DNA from: Octopus sinensis
Taxonomy: Eukaryota
Assembly (NCBI RefSeq): GCF_006345805.1
Contig: NC_043023.1
Location: 10,540,001-10,604,000, forward strand
Length of the DNA: 64,000 nucleotides
Direction: 5' to 3'
Shown here: piece after piece, positions 27,502-39,357 of the stretch
How positions within the stretch are numbered: position 1 is the stretch's first letter
Layout of the letters: the number at the start of each line of letters is the position of its first letter
Notes under the pieces: model-generated
The model's database searches: none
What the model saw: the letters and a program-made list of their open reading frames with translations, nothing else
Told to the model about the DNA's origin: nothing
Position numbers and translations under genes: made by a program

Positions 27502-27901
27502 TCTATATATATAAAGCTGAAGTTGTCTCTGTGTGTGTGGCAGGTTTTGCAGCCTTCAACTAACACTATCTCTACCGAGACATTGTAGCGCAAGTTGACC
27601 AAAATTGAGAGTATGATAAAAGAAGGCTTGCTCTTCCTTCCGTAGAAGAAAAAATTGAAATCGCACCATGTCAACAACAAAAATTATTTAGATCAGAACG
27701 GTGCTTTTTTTCTATGAAAATCCCTATTTTTTACGATTCTTTGACTGCTGTGTCACCGTTTTTTGGTGTATTTCAACCAGAAAACTGTTCACTTTAAGAG
27801 AATAACAAGCTACATAATGCAAGATTTTTACTTTTCAAAAATTCCAATTCTAAAGGGTCAAAAAGAAAACAAATGCGAGCAACACTTGGCGATTCTTGTA
27901 G
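27502..27901 (+). mobile_element. Non-autonomous Helitron, copy 4 (in the gene-less unit)
   Basis: TC start, degenerate hairpin and GTAG end; homologous to copy 1. Confidence 0.65.
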
Positions 27902-27976
27902 GATATATATATATATAGGGTCTTCACAAGTGTCACAAGCAGGAAGGTATGCACAGGTGGACTGACTACGTCCCAG

Positions 27977-29210
27977 AAAACAACTTCCGTCACCTTCCAG
28001 GGGGAAAAATTAGAAGTAGTTAATAGCTTCCGTTATCTAGGTGACCAAGTCAGTAGTGGGGGTGGGTGCGCTGAGAGTGTAACTGCTAGAATAAGAATAG
28101 CCTGGGCAAAGTTTAGGGAGCTCTTACCTCTGCTGGTGACTAAAGGCCTCTCGCTCAGAGTAAAAGGCAGACTGTATGATGCATGTGAACGAACTGCCAT
28201 GCTACATGGCAGTGAAACATGGGCCGTGACTGCTGAGGACATGCGTAAGCTCATGAGGAATGAAGCCAGTATGCTCCGATGGATGTGTAATGTCAGTGTA
28301 CTTACTCGACAGAGCGTTAGTTCCTTGAGAGAAATGTTGTACCTAAGAAGCATCAGTTGTGGTGTGCAAGAGAGACGATTGCGCTGGTATGGTCATGTGG
28401 CGAGAATGGATGAAGATAGGTGTGTGAGAAAGTGCCAATCCCTAGCAGTTGAGGAAACCCGTGGAAGAGGTAGACCCAGGAACACCTGGGACGAGGTGGT
28501 GAAGCACGACCTTCGAACGTTAGGTCTCACCATGGAAATGACTAGAGACCGAGACCTATGGAAGTATGCTGTGCATGAGAAGACCCGGCAAGACTAGGGA
28601 AGCCATAACCCTTGGCCCCTACCTGGGACGTAGTCAGTCCACCTGTGCATACCTTCCTGCTTGTGACACTTGTGAAGACCTGTTGAGGCAAGTGAAAATC
28701 AAATCAAATCAAATCAAACCAAATCAAAATAGATGAACATCAATGGAATTTGTATCCTTGTGGTACCAGTGCCGGTGGCACATAAGAAAACACCGAAAAC
28801 ACAACCCGAGCGTGGCCGTCTGCCAGCCTCGTCTGGCACCTGTGTCGGTGGCACATAAAAAACACCATCCGAGCGTGGCCGTCTGCCAGCCTCGTCTGGC
28901 ACCTGTGTCGGTGGCACATAAAAAACACCATCCGAGCGTGGCCGTCTGCCAGCCTCGTCTGGCACCTGTGTCGGTGGCACATAAAAAACACCATCCGAGC
29001 GTGGCCGTCTGCCAGCCTCGTCTGGCACCTGTGTCGGTGGCACATAAAATCACCCACTACACTCTCGGAGTGGTTGGCGTTAGGAAGGGCATCCAGCTGT
29101 AGAAACACTGCCAGATCTGACTGGCCTGGTGCAGCCTTCGGGCTCCCCAGACCCCAGTTGAACCGTCCAACCCATGCTAGCATGGAAAGCGGACGTTAAA
29201 CGATGATGAT
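27977..29210 (+). mobile_element. 5'-truncated RTE LINE with four 63-bp tandem repeats in the 3' UTR
   Basis: ORF 28136..28597 (RRLRWYGHVARM...RGRPR). Repeat period 63 bp (28808, 28871, 28934, 28997). (GAT)n tail at 29202-29210. Confidence 0.88.
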
Positions 29211-29848
29211 ATATATATATATATGAAGTTATTATGTTACTTCTCATATATATTTGAAGGCGCATGACTCAATCGTGAGTTCAATTCCTGTCATCTTCAT
29301 CACATTGAACAATGTTAAAGGTTAAAGGGTCAAAGCGAAATCCAGACACCTTTTCTCTACAAAACTACTTTAAAACGTTTTCCAATGGCTGAATGACGAA
29401 AAGTATTAATCTGGTTTCTGCCCTAAATATTCTGCTTAAGTAAGGATGCATCTTGTACACCAGCAAATACTCAGTGAAGTGCAAGTTAATTCGTAATTAG
29501 TCAACGCCGTTGCCAAACACTGAAGAATCTTGTTTAATAATTTGGCTAATTTAGTGAAATTCAAAAGTTACTCCAATATTGATTCGGTGTAAGGAATGGA
29601 AACCTACTTATTTCCCCTTTAATTTCTATTTACTTTCTTAAATCTCCCATACTGAAGGATTATGCTTATTAGAGCCATGCTATCCATGCCAACCATGTAC
29701 AATTACTAACATTTTCTCACACTAAACCATCCCTCTTACTAAAAATATCCTTCTTGTAGAGGATGGGGTTTAGTCAACGGGTACTTATTTTATCGACCCC
29801 GAAACGATGAAAGGCACAATCGACTATAACGGAATTTGAACTGGGAAC

Positions 29849-30101
29849 TGTGGGATGACGTCAGCGGCTAGGAAGCTGACCGGAAGAGGAAGGGCGCGCA
29901 TAGGGTAGGGGCGATTGCGCACTTTTCGATCGGGGAAGTTGTGAGTGCAGGACGTGTCACTGCTTCGACCAGGTGAGGGATAGCAGCTGCTATTTTTAGC
30001 GTTTCGGGACGGGCCACGTGGAAGGGTACATTACCATCGGACAGATAAGGGTCAACGAAGAGAAGGTACGTGTCTTACTTCTAATCTCCCGCATTCATTA
30101 C
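29849..30101 (+). promoter_or_regulatory. CpG-rich promoter / first-exon-like insert, copy 2 (inside a split SINE)
   Basis: CRE at 29856, ETS motif, donor at 30066, GAAC on both flanks. Confidence 0.55.
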
Positions 30102-30188
30102 GAACGTAGCGACGGTCGAAATAGCGGTTAGCATTTCGTCCGGCGTGCTAACGATCCTGCCAGCTCGCCGCCCTGGAAAATAGATTAG

Positions 30189-30308
30189 ATGCTTTGGGCA
30201 GATAGGTTGTCCAAGCGGTCACCCATCTAAGTACCCTGCAGGCTCGACATTGCTTCACTTCGGTGATCAGGCGAGACAAGGTGCAATCAGCATTATATGG
30301 CTGTACTA
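30189..30308 (-). pseudogene. Divergent 5S rRNA-like sequence, copy 2
   Basis: Near-identical to 5277-5396. Confidence 0.75.
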
Positions 30309-31212
30309 ACAATATTAACAGTTTCAAAACATTCGCATTTTCTGAAGGTGGTAAAGTAGAGTTTGGTCAGTCGCTCGTAGAAGTTATTCTCCTTGATATA
30401 ATTGTTTCTTCAGTTATCTGCTAGAAGCAAAGTTTTTATTAAAAGGCCTACTGATGGTGGTTTGGGGGACTTAGTAACTACCACCGACCTCTTGTTTTGA
30501 CTGGGTCTTTATTTTATTCATCCCAAAGCAATGAAAGGTAAAATTGACATCGTTTGGATTTCGTTTCGGTAATTAAAGCAAACCAATGTATGTTTTATAC
30601 ATTCCCCTTTTTTATAAGTTTTTGTCAGTGATATTTCTGGTGTCAGATATTCTTTGATCTCGTCTGAAATTAATGATTTTTCTGGATGAATTTCTACTTT
30701 TGTATCAAAACTGAAGGGGAAAGGACTATTTCGAAGATAACGAGTGAGATTAAATTGTGAGTGAAGTAATAATTTCTTCTTATTTTATATTAAATTTCGT
30801 TTTCTCATTGTACAAACCTGTTTTAGTGGGAAATCTTAACAATATTCAAGATTTCTTTACATTTTCCCGATCATAATTGCTATTTGTAAACCTGCTGAAA
30901 TTATGAAGATTAAGTTATTTATAGAAAAATACGTTTTTTTGAAATTTGCTACAAATACCATTCAGAATGTGTATATTAGAATTCTATCGGAATTTAATAT
31001 GAAAATATAAATTTGGTGGGCCCGTACACATGAAAGTTGAAATTTTTAAAGAAATTCTGGATTTGTCTCAGTATGTATGTGTATTTGTGTCTTTGTGTTA
31101 GTGTTTCTTCCCCTCCCATTCCGCTTAACAAACGGTGTTGGTATATTTACATCCCTGGAACTTTCGGCAGCAGACTGATAAAATGAGTTCCAGGCATAAA
31201 AAAACAAATTTA

Positions 31213-31265
<53 letters not shown>

Positions 31266-31376
31266 ATATAAATATATATATCATGGTGATCTATGTAAAG
31301 GGCATCTATACTGCTCTGCATAAAAAGCACCCATTTAAGGACTATGTGAGAAGATCTCAATACAATCTTTAAAGTG

Positions 31377-31854
31377 TGTAGTGACGTGATTTTCCAGTGT
31401 GTTCACACGCAGCGTCATTCTTCAGTGTGCGTGTGCCGAGCTGGAACCTTCTGGAAAGGCCTAAGGAAGTTCCTTCATGCATATGCGCTAGAGACTGGGG
31501 AAGAAAATTCTATCACATTCCTTAAAAGCGTCGTTGATTTAAGACACGACTATTGAAGCGAAAGGACATGTTAAATGTGTGATTAGCCTATTCTCCTGTC
31601 CCAGACGCTTGGGATTTGACCTGCTCTGTTGCTGCTGAATTGGTTGTGAGGTTTATCTTACAAATGTAAGAACCAAGCTATATCGAACCAAGTGGATACC
31701 AATATACCAAGGTACTTCTTTTGTAAATAAGAAAATAAAGAGTCATATATACTTTTAAGGTTACGTTTTTGTTCCTGACTGGTAGTTTCTGGAAACTAAA
31801 GAAAGGAAATTGGTTGCACCCAAACAGTGTAAAGAATCAACCAGTTCCATTACA
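31377..31854. mobile_element. Solo LTR (478 bp), 4-bp TSD
   Basis: TGTAGTG...CATTACA termini; AGTG duplicated at 31373-76 and 31855-58; empty site (tcttaagtggttgg) in the Z-type units near 15868 and 51270; internal AATAAA. Confidence 0.8.
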
Positions 31855-32574
31855 AGTGGTTGGCGTTAAGAAGAGTGTCCAGCTGTAGAAAGCAATCTAA
31901 ATCAGGCGGGAACTGGGGGCAGCACCCCTGTTTGCCAGCACAGGTCAAACCAACCAACCCAGGGAAGCATGGTAAATGGACATTAAATGTAAAAAGCTGT
32001 GCCAAAACTGACCTTGCCTGTGATCTTTCCACTTAAAAAGTACTCCATACCCTCTGTAGTATGGTTGGTGTTAGGAAGAGCATCCAGCTGTAAAAGCTGA
32101 GCCAAAACAGACACACAAGTCTGGGGCAGTCTTCTGACTGACCACCTCCTACCAAAACATCCAGCAGATACTGGTATTGAAGGTGGACATTAAATGAAGG
32201 GGATCAGGAAACGAGAATCCTGGCAGTTTGCAGTGCTTGAAAAGACCCATCAAGCTAAGTAAAAGCATGGTTGCCCTTGCATACAAGCTTGTCCCTTGCA
32301 ACCCCCTCCAGCAGAGCATCCCTAATCCTGCAGGATCATGGGTGCTGATACCACGTAAAAAGCACCCAGTGGTACTGCGTAATATCACCCAGTACATTCT
32401 GTAAAGGGTTTGTGTTAGAAAGGGCATCCAGCCATAGAAACTATTTTAAGATAGAGATGGGGCCTGATCAGCCCTTCAGCTGGTTAGCTCCTTTCAATTC
32501 ATCCAACCCATGCCAGTGTGTAAAATGGAATTTAAATGATGATGAAGTAATAATTTTAAATTTATATATACACC

Positions 32575-32865
32575 TTATAGTATACCATTGCCTTTCTGAG
32601 CGAACAATTTGCCACAGATATCACAGTGATATGGCTTCTCACCTGTATGGACGCGTCTGTGCCTAGTCAAGCCTTGATTTCGAGAGAATGATCTACCACA
32701 GGTATCACAATGATATGGCTTCTCTCCTGTATGAATACGTCGGTGAGTGAGTAGGTTAGTTTTCCGAGAGAATAATTTACCACAGGTATCACAATCATAT
32801 GATGTTTTGCCCTCTTCATTCTCTACATCATCAGATAAATCAATTATTTTAGATAGCCTTCCCAC
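32575..32865 (-). pseudogene. Inverted truncated ZNF fragment upstream of ZNF-D
   Basis: Track ORF, near-identical to 16590-16880. Confidence 0.8.
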
Positions 32866-34098
32866 TGTATTTGGCTATCTGATGTCATCTACAGTATGGA
32901 TATAAATGACACTGGATTTATTTGAGGAATTCCTTCATGTCAGTAGAGTTTGAAAAATGAGAGAAAGAGAAAGAAAATAGAATTTCCAAGACTAGTATTC
33001 ACTATGATTGTTTCAACACATCGTGCATCTGTGCCTCGCAGGTGAGATTCTGTACGAACAGTTGTGGGGCATCCTTTCATGCAGACATGCTCATCAGGTG
33101 ACTTATCAAATGGTTCCTCGTATTTAAATTTCTGTTTTGCTTATTTCAATTAGAATTCACAGGGCCACGTGGTTGGGAAGCTATCTTCTTACCACACAAC
33201 CATCCCTGCACTTCTACAGCCATGTCTATATAAAAATGTAGTAAAGTTTCACTGCTTTAATCTCTCTAATTCCTAATTATCTTGTATGTTTTACACTGTT
33301 GTTTCTCTTTCGTTTCAGATTATCAGATGACATCTGCTTCACAGGATTTTTACATAAGCAACGTCATTAGAATGGAAAGTCTTTTGAAGACTGAGCAAAG
33401 ATGTTATACAAAACACGTATAACCCTGTTTCTATAAATATTTATTGAATTACTGCAAAATATATCTGCTGAACTCTGACATATGTTATGAAATTTCTCTT
33501 CTTTATTGTCTGGAATACACAGAAAATTATATTTGCATCTTAATTAATCATTTAGCATTTAAACTAGCACAAATATTCTGGCAATTTTATGTTAAAACTG
33601 CCCACATCTGGCCTCTCACACTCACCCTGCAGTGTCAATTTAAACATAAACAATCAAATCACTGAAGTCTCAAAGCTATGAGATAATCCATGATTAATTC
33701 AAAACAATATGAATAAATAAGCATTACATTTCACAAAGGAATCTCAATGCTAAACGGTTAAACTGGCCATATTTTTGTGTGTTTTATATTCATACTAGCC
33801 AGATCCCACCCCTCACACCCACCCTACAAGGTCATTCTAAAAATAAACAATCACAACATTGAAATCTGAACGTGATAACATAATGAATGATTAATTCAGA
33901 AGAATTTCAATAAACATTCTATTTGACAGAGTAATCTGAATGTTAATGAGTTAAAGCAATTAAGAAGGCAGTTTGCAGCATCTTCAGATATTAACAAAGA
34001 ACACTTTTGATGGAGATATATCAGTAGAAATATTTGTTCAGAGCAATATACGAGAAGAAGGAAAACCTTTGTGTACTGTGACGAGAGAAAGGAAAATT

Positions 34099-35456
34099 AT
34101 GGAAAATAAATTATATTGGAGTGAAGTTGAAAGTAAAAGAGAGTCTGAAGAAATTGATTTTTCTGATGAGGAACAGAACGAAAAGGGCAAAACATCATTT
34201 GATTGTGATATCTGTGGCAAGTCATTCTCTCAGAAAGATAAGTTAGTCATTCTCGAATGTACTCATACAGGAGAAAAACCATATCACTGTGAAATCTGTG
34301 GTAAGTCTTTCTCTCAAAACGAAAACTTAACTAGGCACAAGAGTGGTGTTCACACAGGAGAAAAACCATATCACTGTGAAATCTGTGACAAATCTTTCTC
34401 TCGAAACGATCACTTAACCGTTCACAAGCATGTTCATACAGGAGGAAAACCATATCAGTGTGAAATCTGTGGTAAATCTTTCTCTCGAAACAATAACTTA
34501 ACCAAGCACAAGCGTGTTCATACAGGAGAAAAACCATATCACTGTGAAATCTGTGGTAAATCTTTCTCTCGAAACGATCACTTAACCAAGCACAAGCATG
34601 TTCATACAGGAGAAAAACCATATCACTGTGAAATCTGTGGTAAATCTTTTTCTCAAAACAATAACTTAACCAAGCACAAGCGTGTTCATACAGGAGAAAA
34701 ACCATATCACTGTGAAATCTGTGGTAAATCTTTCTCTCGAAACGATCACTTAACCAAGCACAAGCATGTTCATACAGGAGAAAAACCATATCACTGTGAA
34801 ATCTGTGGTAAATCTTTTTCTCAAAACGATTGCTTAATCAAGCACAGGCGTGTTCATGCAGGAGAAAAACCATATCACTGTGAAATCTGTGGTAAATCTT
34901 TCTCTCAAAACAATACCTTAACCAAACACAAGCGTGTTCATACAGGAGAAAAACCATATCACTGTGAAATCTGTGGTAAATCTTTCTCTCGAAACGATAC
35001 CTTAACCAAGCACAAGCGTGTTCATACATGAGAAAAACCATATCACTGTGAAATCTGGTAAATCTTTCTCTCGAAACGATTGCTTGACCAAGCACAAGCG
35101 TGTTCATGCAGGAGAATTACCACATCACTGTGAAATCTGTGGTAAATCTTTCTCTTTAAATGATAACTTAACCAAGCACAGGCGTGTTCATACTGGAGAA
35201 AAACCATATCACTGTGATATCTATAATAAATCCTTCTCTCGAAGTGATAGCTTGACTAAGCACATACGCATCCATACAGGTGAGAAGCCATACTACTGTG
35301 ATATCTGTGGTAAATCCTTTTCTCAAAAAGATACCTTAACTAGGCACAAGATTAGTGTTCATACAGGAGAAAAACCATATCACTGTGAAATCTGTGACAA
35401 TTCTTTCTCTCGAAATGATTGCTTAACCAGGCACAGGCATGTTCATACAGGAGAAA
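34099..35456 (+). pseudogene. Disrupted C2H2 ZNF (ZNF-D): premature TGA after finger 10, 2-bp deletion, further fingers out of frame
   Basis: GGA>TGA at 35029-31; gaaatctggtaaa lacks gt near 35056; finger 1 has His>Leu. A truncated 9-finger protein remains possible. Confidence 0.75.
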
Positions 35457-35999
35457 GTTGCGACACAGTCTCTAAAGTGGTGGGCGTTAAGAAGAGTGTC
35501 CAGCTGTAGAAAGCAATCTAAATCAGGCAGGAACTGGGTGCATCACTCCTGTTCGCCAGCACAGGTCAAACCAACCAACCCAGGGAAGCATGGTAAATGG
35601 ACATTAAATGTAAAAAGCTGTGCCAAAACTGACCTTCCAAGACTAGTATTCACTATGATTGTTTCAACCCATCGTGCATCTGTGCCTCGCAGGTGAGATT
35701 GTGTACGAACAGTTGTGGGGCATCGTTTGATGCAGACATGTCTCATCAGGTGACTTATCAAATGGTTCTTCGTATTTAAATTTCTGTTTTGCTTATTTCG
35801 ATAAGAATTCATTTTGGTATTTGGGATATGTCAAGCTTCTTTCAGTTTCCATCAACCATGTCTTTGATTGGCCACTCTGGGACTAAACCCAGGACCATGT
35901 GGTTGGGAAGCCAACTTCTTACCACACAATCATCCCTGCACTTCTACAGCCATGTCTATATTAAAATGTAGTAAAACTTTCACTGCTTTAATCTCTCTA

Positions 36000-36424
36000 C
36001 ATATCACTGTGAAATCTGTGACAAATCTTTCTCTCGAAACGATACCTTAACCAAGCACAGGCGTGTTCATACAGGAGAAGGACTATATCACTGTGAAATC
36101 TGTGACAAATCTTTCTCTCGAAACGATAACTTAACCATGCACAGGCGTGTTCATACAGGAGAAGGACTATATCACTGTGAAATCTGTGACAAATCTTTCT
36201 CTCGAAACGATACCTTAGCTAAGCACAAGCATGTTCATACAGGAGAAAAACCATATCACTGTGAAATCTGCGGTAAATCTTTCCCTCGAAACGATCACTT
36301 AAACATGCACGGGCCTGTTCATACAGGAGAGAAGCCATATCACTGCGAAATCTGTGGTAAATCATTCTTTCAAAATAAAGGTGTGACTAATCACAGACGC
36401 AATCATACAGGAGAGAAGCTGTAG
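36000..36424 (+). pseudogene. Headless ZNF array fragment (ZNF-E) followed by the shared degenerate tail
   Basis: Finger repeats start abruptly at 36000 with no N-terminus or acceptor; track ORF 36137..36424. Confidence 0.75.
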
Positions 36425-36584
36425 CAATGTCATATCTGTGGTAAATTATTTTATGAAAATAGAATCTTAACTAATCAGATACGTATTCACACAGGAGAGA
36501 AGTCATATCATTGCGGTGTCTGTGGTAAGTCATTCTCTGATGGACCCAGGTTAACTGTTCGCAAATACATTCATTCAAGTGTGA

Positions 36585-36761
<177 letters not shown>

Positions 36762-37166
36762 TGAGGAATAGATTCATTTCCCAAGTTACAGACATTGTTT
36801 ATGAGTTTTATTTTTCAAGCATAACATCCAAATTTTGAAAGTTTCTACTACCATAACAAATGCATCTGTGTCTTACCAAGAAGTTTATAAAGAGCAAAGG
36901 AATGCTTCTCAGTAAACACCTCTAGACTTGTTTCTTTGCTTGTGAATCAGTGGTCACGTCTACAAATGATGGTGTCCCTGAGTCTTGTGAAAGTGATTCA
37001 GAAAACAATTATAATAATATTTTGTCTATTCTAAATGATCTTGACATTGTTTTTGACTTTACATAAAATATTATTTACATTTTACTGTTGTTTTATTGTC
37101 ATTTATTTACAAGTATTATAAATTTTAGAGGTAAAATATTTTTCTGGGAATGAATTATGATTTATA

Positions 37167-38306
37167 CGCAGAGACCATCTTCCGCCACATTCCAGGGAGA
37201 AAAACTAGAAGTAGTTGATAGCTTCCGTTACCTAGGTGACCAAATCAGCAGTGGGGGCGGGTGCGCTGAAAGTGTAAATGCTAGAGTAAGAATAGCCTGG
37301 GCAAAGTTCAGAGAGCTCTTACCTCTGCTGGTGACAAAAGGCCTTTCGCTGAGAGTAAAAGGCAGATTGTATGACGCATGTGTACGAACTGCTATGCTAC
37401 ATGAGCCGTGACTGCTGAGAATATGCGTAAGCTTGCAATAAATGAAGCCAGTATGCTCCGATGGATGTGTAATGTCAGTGTTCATACTCGACAGAGTGTA
37501 AGTTCTTCTAGAGAAAAGTTAGACCTAAGAAGCATCAGTTGTGGTGTGCAAGAGAGACGTTTGCGCTGGTATGGTCGTGTGGCGAGAATGGATGAAGATA
37601 GTTGTGTGAAAAAGTGCCACACCCTAGCAGTTGAGGGAACCTGTGGAAGAGGTAGACCCAGGAAAACCTGGGACGAGGTGGTGAAGCACGACCTTCAAAC
37701 TTTAATTTCACCGAGGAAATGACTAGAGACCGAGACCTATGGAAACATGCTGTGCGTGAGAAGACCCGGCAGGACAAGTGAGGCCATAATCCCGTGGCCC
37801 ACACCTGGGATGTAGCCAGCCCACTTATGCATTCCTTTCCTTCTTGGGACACAAAACTCCACTTGTGAAGACCTGTTGAGGCAAGTGAAGATCAAGATCA
37901 AAATCAAAATCGTAATCTATCAACATGAATGGAATTTGTAGCTGTGATACCAGCGGCAGTGGCACGTAAGAGAACCATCCGAACGTCGCCGTAGCCAGCT
38001 CCGCACGACTGGCCTCCGTGCCGGTGGCACATAAAAAGCACCATCCTATCGTGGCCATTGCCAGCTTCATCTGGTCCCCGTGCTGGTGGCACATAAAAAG
38101 CACCATCCGATCATGGCCGTCTGGCACGTAAAAAGCACCCACTACACTCACGGAGTGGTTGGCATTAGGAAGGGCATCCAGCCGTAGAAACATTGCCAGA
38201 TCAGACTGGGCCTGGTGCAGCCTTCTGGCTTCCCAGACCCCTGTTGAACCGTCCAACCCATGCCAGCATGGAAAGTGGACGTTGAATGATGATAATGATG
38301 ATGATG
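37167..38306 (+). mobile_element. 5'-truncated RTE LINE inserted in the unit tail
   Basis: ORFs with FRYLG...RIAWAKF and RRLRWYG; (GAT)n tail; flanks are contiguous in other units (atttat|aacattgc). Confidence 0.88.
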
Positions 38307-38540
38307 AACATTGCTTCTATTGGAAATTATTGCTTTGCTTTATGAGTTTTCACTTTAGGAGCAATCTCCAGGAAGAAATTAACTCATATATCAAGGCATT
38401 ATTGTATCTGACATTATTTTGGCACAAGGCCAGCAATTTCAGGGGAAGGCGTAAGTTGAATAACCACATGGATCAGCATGTGTGCTTTTTACATGAACTA
38501 GCACAAATGCTTCTTACAGGGAGTGGCATTGCACGATATA

Positions 38541-38934
38541 TCTATATATATAAAGCTGAAGTTGTCTGTGTGTGGCAGGTTTTGCAGCCTTCAACTAACA
38601 CTATCTCTACCGAGACACTGAGGCGCAAGTTGACCAAAATTGAGAGTATGATAGATGAAGGCTTGCTCTTCCTTCCGTAGAAAAAATTCAAATCGCACCA
38701 TGTCAACAACAAAAATTCTTTACATCAGAAGGCTGCTTTTTTTTCTATGAAAATCCCTATTTTTTACGATTCTTTGACTGCTGTGTCGTCATTTTTCGGT
38801 GTATTTCAACCAGAAAACTGTTCACTTTTAGAGAATAACAAGCTACATAATGCAAGATTTTTACTTTTCAAAAATTCCAATTCTAAAGGGTCGAAAAGAA
38901 AATAAACCCGAACAACGCTGGGCGATACTTCTAG
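38541..38934 (+). mobile_element. Non-autonomous Helitron, copy 5
   Basis: TC start, hairpin, CTAG|T at 38931-35. Confidence 0.8.
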
Positions 38935-39277
38935 TATATATATGAAGCTGTGAGAACAAATATTATGAATCAGATATTTATTGCATTCATTTATATATGT
39001 GTGTGTGTGTGTGTTCGATATATAAATATGTATATATACAAAGTGTATATATCTGTATTTATGGATATTAAACTTTTTAATACTTTTTGATAGTTATATA
39101 TATTTTTAAACAAATTATAAATATAATTTAATAATTTTTATTTTAAATTTTAATAGTTTTTATATTTTTCAATTTTATATATCATATATTTTCTATATAT
39201 AATTTTTTTATTTTTATGTTTTTGTTTTGGGTTTTTCACTGTTTCATTTGCCTATTAGTGGTTTTTTCTCTAATTTA

Positions 39278-39326
<49 letters not shown>

Positions 39327-39357
39327 ATTTGTATATATAATGCGTGCACACACACAT

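Noticed and set aside
28790-29045. CRISPR-like array
   Set aside because: Identical 63-bp tandem units with no unique spacers, inside a LINE 3' UTR in eukaryotic DNA.
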